The notes beneath the pieces are model-generated. The model searched no databases. It was not told the origin of the DNA and worked only from the letters and a program-made list of their open reading frames with translations. 64,000 nt of DNA from Eukaryota sp. TZLM1-RC (Eukaryota > Protista > Metamonada: BaSk clade): positions 3,348,001 to 3,412,000 of the forward strand of contig JAUPSS010000002.1 of NCBI GenBank assembly GCA_040285825.1, read 5' to 3'. Positions 34,994 through 47,900 of the stretch are shown one piece after another (the stretch's first letter is position 1; each line of letters starts with the position of its first letter). Made by a program: the position numbers and the translations under genes.

Positions 34994-36479
34994 CATTACC
35001 TCCATCCCTAACTTACAATTTTTGTAGACAATTTAACAAAATACGTACCCAATTTTTGGCTTATTTAATGTCTGCTGATCCATCAATTTTGAAAAATCAT
35101 ATTTTTTCTGATGTTCAACCTGGCGGTGTTGGATTCAATTCATCAAAATATTTGACCAAAGCTGCATTTATTGGTGGTGGAAAAAATTTTGTATTTGAAT
35201 TCTCCAAAAGATATCCTTTTGCCGAAAATCTTCTTGAAACTACAAATAGCCTATTCCTCGATAACTTAAAAGAAGAAATTTCCAGTTTATCTCCCGACTT
35301 ATGGCAATCATGTTTCCCCATTTCCATTCAAGAAATTCCAGAGAGAAGTTTATATTCATTAAAATTTGCGTTGAAAGAGCTCCAACGACATCTTTTGAAA
35401 AAATTTGAAAGCAAGGATTTTATTGTTCGACTTAGCACGGCTAAGAAAGAAAATCCTGCTTTTGCAAATTTTTTGATTGATTTGAAGGACAGTTCTTCTG
35501 CAGTTTTGATAAATCAAATTCCCCAGATTTATGGTCTATTTTTGAATGACGACCAATGGACCACTGCTATGAGAATGCGTTGTTATTTATGGCCTTGTAA
35601 TTTGCCCAATGATTTGTTTTGCAAATGTGGAGCTGGTTTGACATTATCACATTTATTTAATTGTAATAGATTTATTTCCTATCGTTCTACGTTGCATGAT
35701 GCAGTCAGAGATCAAATCCATGCAATGTGTAATTCCTATCATATTGAATCTTTTGTAGAACCTTTGTTAAGGTCTCTTGATATAAATGAAAGCGTAAGAG
35801 ATTCAGAATATGGAAAACGACGTGCTGATGTTGTTGTGCCCTCGATTGATGATGTCATGAATGTTGTTGATGTCGTAACAGTGGATGTTTGCAAGAAAAA
35901 TGCCTTGAAAAATGCTCAATCCGAAGTATCCCCCCTTGATGATTCCGAATTGTACAAACGGAAAAAGTATGCAAATCCTTTAAAAGAATTGAAACATGTT
36001 CGCCATGTAGATTACCAAATTTGCCCATTTGCTATATCGTTGTATGGTCGTCTTGGAAAAACTGCTTTGAATTTTATTGATGATTTTGAAAATCTTGTGA
36101 AAAGAAGAATGAATAAGCGTTTTGATCGTCCCTTGTGGCTTAATCGTATTGTTTTTACTATTTTTGTTGTTGTTGAACTCAAATTGAATTAGTAGGTTTC
36201 TTTGTATTTCGACTGATGACGTGATACTATTATTAATAAACAACAGATTTCTCTCTCTCCTTCGTGTGTTCATCTGCCTAACGGCATCAATAATTATTGG
36301 CCCTTCTTATTTCAGATGACTGTTCCTTCAATTCCTAAAATGATTTCGAAAGCTTTGATGTCTGTCAGTGCACATTACGAAGAAATTGATGTTGTGAGGT
36401 TTGATGGTGTGGAATCTTGTTTTGAAGATATTGACTTTTAGACTATAGTTTAATAATAAATTCAAATTATTTAAAAAGA
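34994..36479 (+). mobile_element. RLE non-LTR family D, 5'-truncated copy with 11-bp TSD
   Basis: ORF 35056-36192: CKCGAGLTLSHLFNC, RSTLHDAV, RAD..VD, KRKKY; true C-terminus (SIPKMIS..FEDIDF*) resumes at ~36328; TSD AATCACAGTAT 34983-34993 / 36480-36490. Confidence 0.88.
36165..36327 (+). mobile_element. fragment of a third gypsy-like element: short LTR + PBS-position motif + first codons
   Basis: Interrupts D between TIF and SIPK; starts TGTTG, contains AATAAA, ends GGCATCA (36289) followed by ATAATTATTGGCC, the same 13-mer that follows the gypsy-2 5' LTR. Confidence 0.62.
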
Positions 36480-36692
36480 AATCACAGTATACATCACCTC
36501 TATCATCAGAACCAAAATTATTCAGAGAAAGTGTTTCCTTCAGCAGGGGCTCTTTGATACACGATATCCTTGCAGTTTGTGCCATATTGAAAACAGTGTC
36601 TCTAACAGCATCATGTAATGAAGAACGATAAGTTATCAATTTAGAGCAATTCAGAGCATGGAGCAAAGCGAGTTGAGGTGAATTCGAACAAA

Positions 36693-39600
36693 TTTTTTTT
36701 GCATGAATTATTTTTATTCAACAACGAATATGAAAACATAAAATACACAATTAAAACTCCACATCCTCAAAATCTGCCTCCCCTACATCAAAACAATTAA
36801 TTGCCAAAGATTCAGAAAATTTCCCAAACGAAGACAGTGACTCAGAAATCAGTTTTACCATTCCCTTAAAAACAGAAAATACAATCCTGTTTTGCCAGTA
36901 AACACGATTGAAAAGAAATTTCTTCCAGTTCTTTCCAAAAATACAATCCTGTTTTGCCAGTAAACACGATTGAAAAAAAATTTCTTCCAGTTCTTTCCTT
37001 TACAACTACAACAAAATCTTCAAGGAAAGCCATAGCAGCCTTACCTAGAGATCCAAGCAAAGAAAAAACAAATGGACATAAATTATATTGGGCATGAGAA
37101 TTTTCATTAACCGAGGAAATGGGTTTCGCATATTTAGCAATTTTATATTTTTCGCCTGCAAGAAGAGGATTATTTACATCCGAGTTAATGAGATGTTCGT
37201 TAGAGGAATTACAAGGGTCAATAGACATGGCGTCCAAAATAGTAAAACTACCATTTAAACCGGCAACAACTAGATCACCTCTTGTCAGACCCATAGAAGC
37301 TCTGTTGTTTCGCGTACTATCAATATTGGGGTCATCAAGAATTAATTTTGATAACAGCGGTTCTAAAAAGGAATCTACTCGATATGATTTACACATTACA
37401 TAAATTTCGTCCCTGACGTTATTATGCACTTTGCTTCTAAACGTAATGAAATGTTCACAGTTCAAAAGATGAGTAAACAAAAGAGGTTTACCACATTTAC
37501 AAGTTAAATTTTTTTTAAGTTAAATGATTGGGCAAATTGTTTGGCCACAGAAAACAACGAAAACGCATGTTTAGAAGCCATTCATTGTTTTTTAACAAAA
37601 GTCCATAAACAGAGGGAACTTGAGTTACTAAAGCAGCAGCAGAACTATCACGAATATCCTTTAAAAAATTACCGAAAGCGGGATTTTTAGTTTTGGCCAA
37701 GCCAAAAATACAATCCTGTTTTGCCAGTAAACACGATTGAAAATTCTTCCAGTGCTTTCCTTTACAACTACAACAAAATCTTCAAGGAAAGCCATAGCAG
37801 CCTTACCTAGAGATCCAAGCAAAGAAAAAACAAATGGACATAAATTATATTGGGCATGAGAATTTTCATTAACCGAGAAAATGGGTTTCGCATATTTAGC
37901 AATTTTATATTTTTCGCCTGCAAGAAGAGGATTATTTACATCCGAGTTAATGAGATGTTCGTTAGAGGAATTACAAGGGTCAATAGACATGGCGTCTAAA
38001 AAAGTAAAACTACCATTTAAACCGGCAACAACTAGATCAACTCTAGTCAGACCCATAGAAGCTCTGTTGTTGCGCGTACTATCAATATTGGGGTCATCAA
38101 GAATTAATTTTGATAACAGCGGTTCTAAAAAGGAATCTACTCGATGTGATTTACACATTACATAAATTTGGTCCCTGACGTTATTATTATGCACTTTGCT
38201 TCTAAACATAATGAAATGTTTACAGTCCAAAAGATGAGTAAACAAAAGAGGTTTACCACATTTACAAGTTAAATGATTGGGCAAATTGTTTGGCCACAGA
38301 AAACAACGAAAACGCATGTTTAGAAGCCATTCATTGTTTTTTAACAAGAGTCCATAAACAGAGGGAACTTGAGTTACTAAAGCAGCAGCTTAATTATCAC
38401 GAATATCCTTTAAAAAATTACCGAAAGCGGGATTTTTAGTTTTGGCCAAGCCAAAAATACAATCCTGTTTTGCCAGTAAACACGATTGAAAATTCTTCCA
38501 GTTCTTTCCTTTACAACTACAACAAAATCCTCAAGGAAAGCCATAGCAGCCTTACCTAGAGATCCAAGCAAAGAAAAAACAAATGGACATAAATTATATT
38601 GGGCATGAGAATTTTCATTAACCGAGGAAATGGGTTTCGCATATTTAGCAATTTTATATTTTTCACCTGCAAGAAGAGGATTATTTACATCCGAGTTAAT
38701 GAGATGTTCGTTAGAGGAATTACAAGGGTCAATAGACATGGCGTCCAAAATAGTAAAACTACCATTTAAACCAGGAACAACTAGATCACCTCTAGTCAGA
38801 CCCATAGAAGCTCTGTTGTAACGCGTACTATCAATATTGGGATCATCAAGAATTAATTTTGATAACAGCGGTTCTAAAAAGGAATCTACTCGATATGATT
38901 TGCACATTACATAAATTTGGTCCCTGACGTTATTATGCACTTTGCTTCTAAACGTAATGAAATGTTTACAGTTCAAAAGATGAGTAAACAAAAGAGGTTT
39001 ACCACATTTACAAGTTAAATGATTGGGCAAATTGTTTGGCCACAGAAAACAACGAAAACGCATGTTTAGAAGCCATTCATTCTTTTTTAACAAAAGTCCA
39101 TAAACAGAGGGAACTTGAGTTACTAAAGCAGCAGCAGAACTATCACGAATATCCTTTAAAAAAATACCGAAAGCAGGATTTTTAGTTTTGGCCAAGCCAA
39201 AAATACAGTCCTGTTTTGCCAGTAAACACGATTGAAAATTCTTCCAGTGCTTTCCTTTACAACTACAACAAAATTTTCAAGGAAAGCCATAGCAGCCTTA
39301 CCTAGAGATCCAAGCAAAGAAAAAACAAATGGACATAAATTATATTGGGCATGAGAATTTTCATTAACCGAGGAAATGGGTTTCGCATATTTAGCAATTT
39401 TATATTTTTCGCCTGCAAGAAGAGGATTATTTACATCCGAGTTAATGAGATGTTCGTTAGAGGAATTACAAGGGTCAATAGACATGGCGTCTAAAAAAGT
39501 AAAACTACCATTTAAACCGGCAACAACTAGATCACCTCTTGTCAGACCCATAGAAGCTCTGTTGTTGCGCGTACTATCAATATTGGGGTCATCAAGAATT

Positions 39601-42600
39601 AATTTTGATAACAGCGGTTCTAAAAAGGAATCTACTCGATGTGATTTACACATTACATAAATTTGGTCCCTGACGTTATTATGCACTTTGCTTCTAAACG
39701 TAATGAAATGTTTACAGTTCAAAAGATGAGTAAACAAAAGAGGTTTACCACATTTACAAGTTAAATGATTGGGCAAATTGTTTGGCCACAGAAAACAACG
39801 AAAACGCATGTTTAGAAGCCATTCATTGTTTTTTAACAAAAGTCCATAAACAGAGGGAACTTGAGTTGCTAAAGCAGCAGCAGAACTATCACGAATATCC
39901 TTTAAAAAATTACCGAAAGCAGGATTTTTAGTTTTGGCCAAGCCAAAAATACAATCCTGTTTTGCCAGTAAACACGATTGAAAATTCTTCCAGTGCTTTC
40001 CTTTACAACTACAACAAAATTTTCAAGGAAAGCCATAGCAGCCTTACCTAGAGATCCAAGCAAAGAAAAAACAAATGGACATAAATTATATTGGGCATGA
40101 GAATTTTCATTAACCGAGGAAATGGGTTTCGCATATTTAGCAATTTTATATTTTTCGCCTGCAAGAAAAGGATTATTTACATCCGAGTTAATGAGATGTT
40201 CGTTAGAGGAATTACAAGGGTCAATAGACATGGCGTCCAAAATAGTAAAACTACCATTTAAACCAGGAACAACTAGATCACCTCTAGTCAGACCCATATA
40301 AGCTCTGTTGTAACGCGTACTATCAATATTGGGGTCATCAAGAATTAATTTTGATAACAGCGGTTCTAAAAAGGAATCTACTCGATGTGATTTACACATT
40401 ACATAAATTTGGTCCCTGACGTTATTATGCACTTTGCTTCTAAACGTAATGAAATGTTTACAGTTCAAAAGATGAGTAAACAAAAGAGGTTTACCACATT
40501 TACAAGTTAAATGATTGGGCAAATTGTTTGGCCACAGAAAACAACGAAAACGCATGTTTAGAAGCCATTCATTGTTTTTTAACAAAAGTCCATAAACAGA
40601 GGGAACTTGAGTTACTAAAGCAGCAGCAGAACTATCACGAATATCCTTTAAAAAATTACCGAAAGCAGGATTTTTAGTTTTGGCCAAGCCAAAAATACAA
40701 TCCTGTTTTGCCAGTAAACACGATTGAAAATTCTTCCAGTGCTTTCCTTTACAACTACAACAAAATTTTCAAGGAAAGCCATAGCAGCCTTACCTAGAGA
40801 TCCAAGCAAAGAAAAAACAAATGGACATAAATTATATTGGGCATGAGAATTTTCATTAACCGAGGAAATGGGTTTCGCATATTTAGCAATTTTATATTTT
40901 TCGCCTGCAAGAAAAGGATTATTTACATCCGAGTTAATGAGATGTTCGTTAGAGGAATTACAAGGGTCAATAGACATGGCGTCTAAAAAAGTAAAACTAC
41001 CATTTAAACCGGCAACAACTAGATCACCTCTTGTCAGACCCATAGAAGCTCTGTTGTTGCGCGTACTATCAATATTGGGGTCATCAAGAATTAATTTTGA
41101 TAACAGCGGTTCTAAAAAGGAATCTACTCGATGTGATTTACACATTACATAAATTTGGTCCCTGACGTTATTATGCACTTTGCTTCTAAACGTAATGAAA
41201 TGTTTACAGTTCAAAAGATGAGTAAACAAAAGAGGTTTACCACATTTACAAGTTAAATGATTGGGCAAATTGTTTGGCCACAGAAAACAACGAAAACGCA
41301 TGTTTAGAAGCCATTCATTGTTTTTTAACAAAATTCCATAAACAGAGGGAACTTGAGTTACTAAAGCAGCAGCAGAACTATCACGAATATCCTTTAAAAA
41401 ATTACCGAAAGCGGGATTTTTAGTTTTGGCCAAGCCAAAAATACAATCCTGTTTTGCCAGTAAACACGATTGAAAATTCTTCCAGTTCTTTCCTTTACAA
41501 CTACAACAAAATCCTCAAGGAAAGCCATAGCAGCCTTACCTAGAGATCCAAGCAAAGAAAAAACAAATGGACATAAATTATATTGGGCATGAGAATTTTC
41601 ATTAACCGAGGAAATGGGTTTCGCATATTTAGCAATTTTATATTTTTCGCCTGCAAGAAGAGGATTATTTACATCCGAGTTAATGAGATGTTCGTTAGAG
41701 GAATTACAAGGGTCAATAGACATGGCGTCTAAAAAAGTAAAACTACCATTTAAACCGGCAACAACTAGATCAACTCTAGTCAGACCCATAGAAGCTCTGT
41801 TGTTGCGCGTACTATCAATATTGGGGTCATCAAGAATTAATTTTGATAACAGCGGTTCTAAAAAGGAATCTACTCGATGTGATTTACACATTACATAAAT
41901 TTGGTCCCTGACGTTATTATTATGCACTTTGCTTCTAAACATAATGAAATGTTTACAGTCCAAAAGATGAGTAAACAAAAGAGGTTTACCACATTTACAA
42001 GTTAAATGATTGGGCAAATTGTTTGGCCACAGAAAACAACGAAAACGCATGTTTAGAAGCCATTCATTGTTTTTTAACAAAATTCCATAAACAGAGGGAA
42101 CTTGAGTTACTAAAGCAGCAGCAGAACTATCACGAATATCCTTTAAAAAATTACCGAAAGCGGGATTTTTAGTTTTGGCCAAGCCAAAAATACAATCCTG
42201 TTTTGCCAGTAAACACGATTGAAAATTCTTCCAGTGCTTTCCTTTACAACTACAACAAAATCTTCAAGGAAAGCCATAGCAGCCTTACCTAGAGATCCAA
42301 GCAAAGAAAAAACAAATGGACATAAATTATATTGGGCATGAGAATTTTCATTAACCGAGGAAATGGGTTTCGCATATTTAGCAATTTTATATTTTTCGCC
42401 TGCAAGAAGAGGATTATTTACATCCGAGTTAATGAGATGTTCGTTAGAGGAATTACAAGGGTCAATAGACATGGCGTCCAAAATAGTAAAACTACCATTT
42501 AAACCAGGAACAACTAGATCACCTCTAGTCAGACCCATAGAAGCTCTGTTGTAACGCGTACTATCAATATTGGGATCATCAAGAATTAATTTTGATAACA

Positions 42601-44284
42601 GCGGTTCTAAAAAGGAATCTACTCGATGTGATTTACACATTACATAAATTTGGTCCCTGACGTTATTATTATGCACTTTGCTTCTAAACATAATGAAATG
42701 TTTACAGTCCAAAAGATGAGTAAACAAAAGAGGTTTACCACATTTACAAGTTAAATGATTGGGCAAATTGTTTGGCCACAGAAAACAACGAAAACGCATG
42801 TTTAGAAGCCATTCATTGTTTTTTAACAAAAGTCCATAAACAGAGGGAACTTGAGTTACTAAAGCAGCAGCTGAACTATCACGAATATCCTTTAAAAAAT
42901 TACCGAAAGCGGGATTTTTAGTTTTGGCCAAGCCAAAAATACAATCCTGTTTTGCCAGTAAACACGATTGAAAATTCTTCCAGTTCTTTCCTTTACAACT
43001 ACAACAAAATCCTCAAGGAAAGCCATAGCAGCCTTACCTAGAGATCCAAGCAAAGAAAAAACAAATGGACATAAATTATATTGGGCATGAGAATTTTCAT
43101 TAACCGAGGAAATGGGTTTCGCATATTTAGCAATTTTATATTTTTCACCTGCAAGAAGAGGATTATTTACATCCGAGTTAATGAGATGTTCGTTAGAGGA
43201 ATTACAAGGGTCAATAGACATGGCGTCCAAAATAGTAAAACTACCATTTAAACCAGGAACAACTAGATCACCTCTAGTCAGACCCATATAAGCTCTGTTG
43301 TAACGCGTACTATCAATATTGGGGTCGTCAAAAATTAATTTTGATAACAGCGGTTCAAAAAAGGAATCTACTCGATATGATTTGCACATTACATAAATTT
43401 GGTCCCTGACGTTATTATGCACTTTGCTTCTAAACGTAATGAAATGTTTACAGTTCAAAAGATGAGTAAACAAAAGAGGTTTACCACATTTACAAGTTAA
43501 ATGATTGGGCAAATTGTTTGGCCACAGAAAACAACGAAAACGCATGTTTAGAAGCCATTCATTGTTTTTTAACAAAAGTCCATAAACAGAGGGAACTTGA
43601 GTTACTAAAGCAGCAGCAGAACTATCACGAATATCCTTTAAAAAATTACCGAAAGCAGGATTTTTAGTTTTGGCCAAGCCAAAAATACAATCCTGTTTTG
43701 CCAGTAAACACGATTGAAAATTCTTCCAGTGCTTTCCTTTACAACTACAACAAAATTTTCAAGGAAAGCCATAGCAGCCTTACCTAGAGATCCAAGCAAA
43801 GAAAAAACAAATGAACATAAATTATATTGGGCATGAAAATTTTCATTAACCGAGGAAATGGGTTTCGCATATTTAGCAATTTTATATTTTTCGCCTGCAA
43901 GAAGAGGATTATTTACATCCGAGTTAATGAGATGTTCGTTAGAGGAATTACAAGGGTCAATAGACATGGCGTCTAAAAAAGTAAAACTACCATTTAAACC
44001 GGCAACAACTAGATCACCTCTTGTCAGACCCTTAGAAGCTCTGTTGTTGCGCGTACTATCAATATTGGGGTCATCAAGAATTAATTTTGATAACAGCGGT
44101 TCTAAAACGGAATCTACTCGATGTGATTTACACATTACATAAATTTGGTCCCTGACGATATTATGCACTTTGCTTCTAAACGTAATGAAATGTTTACAGT
44201 TCAAAAGATGAGTAAACAAAAGAGGTTTACCACATTTACAAGTTAAATGATTGGGCAAATTGTTTGGCCACAGAAAACAACGAA
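36693..44284 (-). repeat. 746-bp tandem array of family B zinc-finger+RLE module, left part (9 units + most of a 10th, plus natural 3' end)
   Basis: Junctions at ~37705, 38454, 39200, 39946, 40692, 41438, 42187, 42936, 43682; open 261-262 codon frames 38410-39195, 39156-39941, 39902-40687, 40648-41433, 41394-42182, 42143-42931, 42892-43677. Confidence 0.97.
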
Positions 44285-44363
44285 TGTTGGCGCCCTAAGG
44301 CTTATATAATATGAATAGAAAGTAAATTAGACTTTTCTTTACTACAATAGACTTTAGGCAACA
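44285..44363 (+). repeat. gypsy-2 5' LTR (79 bp)
   Basis: Direct repeat of 51276-51354; contains TTATATAA. Confidence 0.95.
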
Positions 44364-44440
44364 ATAATTATTGGCCATTTTAAAGTCAAAAGGTATACCA
44401 TAACTTCAGCATTAGTGAAGATCTTCAGACACTTTACAGC

Positions 44441-44944
44441 ATGTCAGACATCTCCCAACCAGACATCTCTGACTCTAATTCACCACTTAATATGCATCAG
44501 GTACCAGTGTCACATACACGTGATTTAGAGGGCAACGAGGCAACGGACCCGGATCCCACCTCCCCCTCCCTTAATGTAGAAGAAGATGAAAGAGTGGACG
44601 AGGTCCCTCCATCTTCAACAACAGAAGAGGTAACGAGAACGGACCCGGCTCCCTCTCCCCTCAGTAAGAAAGAAACAGAAGAGGTGACGAGAACGGACCC
44701 GGCTCCCTCTCCCCTCCCAATTCTAGAACCTGTCTCAAAGGGAACGGATGGAGATCCTACCTTAGACACGTCTTCCCCATTAGGAGAATATGAAGAAATT
44801 CAATCTCAACTGGATGAAATGGAGGGAGAAGACGACTCTTCTGAGGGGTTCTACAAGTTATTAAGAGAGGACGCGGAGGCTTACCTCGAACCAACAGATT
44901 TCTGTCTGTTCGAGCAGCTTCCCCCTTTATGGAGTTACGTTTAA
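44441..44944 (+). CDS. gypsy-2 acidic/Pro-rich upstream ORF, in frame with gag-pol across one TAA
   Basis: 44981-44441=540 nt, same frame; internal 54-bp-period duplication (TEEVTRTDPAPSPL x2). Confidence 0.65.
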   Translation: MSDISQPDISDSNSPLNMHQVPVSHTRDLEGNEATDPDPTSPSLNVEEDERVDEVPPSSTTEEVTRTDPAPSPLSKKETEEVTRTDPAPSPLPILEPVSKGTDGDPTLDTSSPLGEYEEIQSQLDEMEGEDDSSEGFYKLLREDAEAYLEPTDFCLFEQLPPLWSYV

Positions 44945-44980
44945 AAAAGAGGCAGAAACGTTGGTTTCCAGACCCTCGGA

Positions 44981-47900
44981 ATGATTGGGGATACCCAAAA
45001 GGTATTGGAAATTCCCCTCAATGAAAGGAATGAACTCATAAAGGCACTTGATAAACTGAGTAGAGAGACATTCGGGCGTAACGCAGAACGCCGCCCCAGA
45101 ATCTCTGGAATGGACAAGAGAATCAATGAATTGATGTCTCTTCCCATCAAAGATAGATTGGATTGGAAGGCCTCCTTCCTAGATCAATACGGCAGGAGAA
45201 TAAGGTTTCTCTCCATCGAACAGAGAAGTAGGACCGACTCGGAAGACATCCTACAATCCAAATTGCCTGCCTGGTTTGATCCTAACTTTGATACGGAAAT
45301 CCATAATTACACGGAGCTGACAGAGGGTGCTCCCACATATTTTAGGGAATTTATGGAGCAGGAGGATAGTAGTGAACAGGACAAGCTTGAACCAGTAACC
45401 CCTTGGTTCGATGCAGACGCTCTGAATAACATTCATACGGAACGATCAGCTGTATCCACGTATAGGAGCCGTCCTAACAACTATATCCAACAACATGGTA
45501 ACTCGTTCACGAAACAACGAGAGTTTAGACAATGGGTAACGGGAGATCCATCCACATCTCTCCACCTTCCCAAATTGCCTGTTGTAGCCCCTATAATTTC
45601 TGAAAAAAGCCAACCAATACAGGTCTGCTCTATTGACAGCATACCCGAACACGTTCCAACAGTGAACGTCCCGGAGCCTGTAGCAAGACAAGACGTTGCT
45701 CCTCAGGAAGAACCAACTTCCTCCCATCCTATGGAATGTGAAATTGGAGAAGACATAGAGTTGAACGGGCCAGTCGTTGGAGAAACGGCTCCTCCTCAAC
45801 CCTCAGTAAGAAACTCTTCTTCCGACAGATCCATGCGTATTGAGGACCTACAATCCTCAAGAAGAGCTATTGACATGAGTATAGCTAGTAGCCTTCATAG
45901 ACAGATTGATCCACGGCCTAAGGATATCGACTATAAAAGACCTCGATTATCCGCTGATGACCCTATCAACAAAATGTCTATCATAGCTTTCCTTTTAAAA
46001 TATCAAACTTGGGATAAGTACGGGCGAAAGATAGCTAATAGAAGCTTTGAAGCCCCAGGTCAATCAGATTGGACCAGAGCCTTTATGATAGCTACCCAGC
46101 TATTTGGAGAAGGCCAAGCAGAAATAACCCAAGATAGGATTAAAGATCTCCCCAAACATATACGCGACGAGATCGCCAGGGACACAACACAGCCTTTGGT
46201 AAGGATTGACCCAGCTATAACAGATATGCTCGGACCCCCAATCCATCATTATGATTTATTTAGGAGCATGATGATGAGCACTTGCCCTACAGGAATATCC
46301 AGCATGATCGACCCTAGCCTTCTATCTAGATGGCAAAGTCAAGGTTTACTCGGTGTTGATTATACCGACGCCGACGTCATGGTATTTCTGTTAAAAAGAA
46401 CACAATTTACATCATATCATGAGGCTTGTACAGCTCTAATGAAGCCTAGAATAAACTGGAGAAAAATCCACAATAGGCATGAGGCTGACAACGAGTTTGG
46501 TCGTTATGTAGAAGATTTTGGAGACGTCTTGAGAATGACCACCTACATGACCGACCTAACCATCCCCGATTTAATTAGAGGAAGCAGTGGGTTGATGACC
46601 ATATCTCCCGCTCTAATAGCCGAGTACTTCCTTATGGGTTTGGATAACTTTGCTATATCGAGCGAACTCCTCCCAGTATGGACTAGGGAATCCTTGTGGG
46701 ACTCACCGAACAGAACAACTCTACTCGATATGATATCGACAACGAGGAGACATTTCCTCGCTTGGTGTTACACAGCAGGAAACAAGCCCACAATGGATGT
46801 ACTAAGGAACAGGGCTAATGAAGAAGATATTCCTTTGGGACTCACGGCGATGAGAACTTACTCAAGAGGAGTAACACCATCAGCCCAGGCTCCATCAAAA
46901 CGAGCAAGACGATCAGGTGGGAAGTCAAGAGGAACCCCTCAACACAAATACATCCCTGAAAAGCATGAACGAGAAGGATCAAAATTCTGTACATTCTGCA
47001 GCAACGTCGAAGGTAACAATCCTGTTGGCCAAACTGTATTCGAATGCAAGGACCCTCGTTGTGCTAGAAGCAGAGTTCCCAAAGAAGAAAGATTCAGATT
47101 AGGAGAACAGGAGGCGCCTGCTAGTAGAGGCAGTGTAGAAAGGGGCCGAGGTGGCCGTGGTAGACGTGTACATAGATTCAAATTTAGAGGCCGTGGAGGC
47201 CGTTTTAGAGGTCATAAAGGAAGAGGTCAGTACAGACCTATACATAACATAAACACAACAGAGGACATATCATCAAACGCATCCCCTACTGAGTCAAAAC
47301 CGACCCGTTCGAGTACAATTCCTCACAGACGGATCAACAACAGCAACCGGAACAGCAGGACAGGCAACTTTCCTAATCGGGTACATATCAACGCAATCAA
47401 TCACAACCAATCAACAACCGATTTAGGAAACCCAGTCAACAACTTTCCAACAGCTCAACAAAATCTTTTAATTCCTCTACAAATTCACCAAACCAGCTCT
47501 GATATCAATAGCATTTTTGATATTAATTCTACGGTTAGTGAAAACCACGTCAGGTCCCAGCGTTCTCCATTTCTAAGACTGGAGATATCAATAAATGATA
47601 TTAAAATGATTGCGACTATAGATTCGGCTGCGTTTTGTTCAGTTATTACTGCAGATTTAGCTGAACAATGCCATATGTCAATCAATAGCAAGGATACTAT
47701 TAAGTTCTTACCAGCTAATAACGTATCCACAAAATCGCTAGGGAGTGCAACTGGTTTTCTGTCGTTCAACGTAGGAAGCATTGCGCAACAAGTTCACTAT
47801 AAACATACTCTTCCCATAATCCCGGGTTCGAACAAATTATTAATAGGGACAGACATGTTAAAAGCACTTGGGCTTCAGACGGATGATGGTCTTTTCATTA

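Larger units (their letters stand above)
34510..36692 (-). mobile_element. family A 3' copy split by the family D insertion (pieces 34510-34993 and 36480-36692)
   Basis: The two pieces are contiguous in the A sequence with AATCACAGTAT duplicated. Confidence 0.85.
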
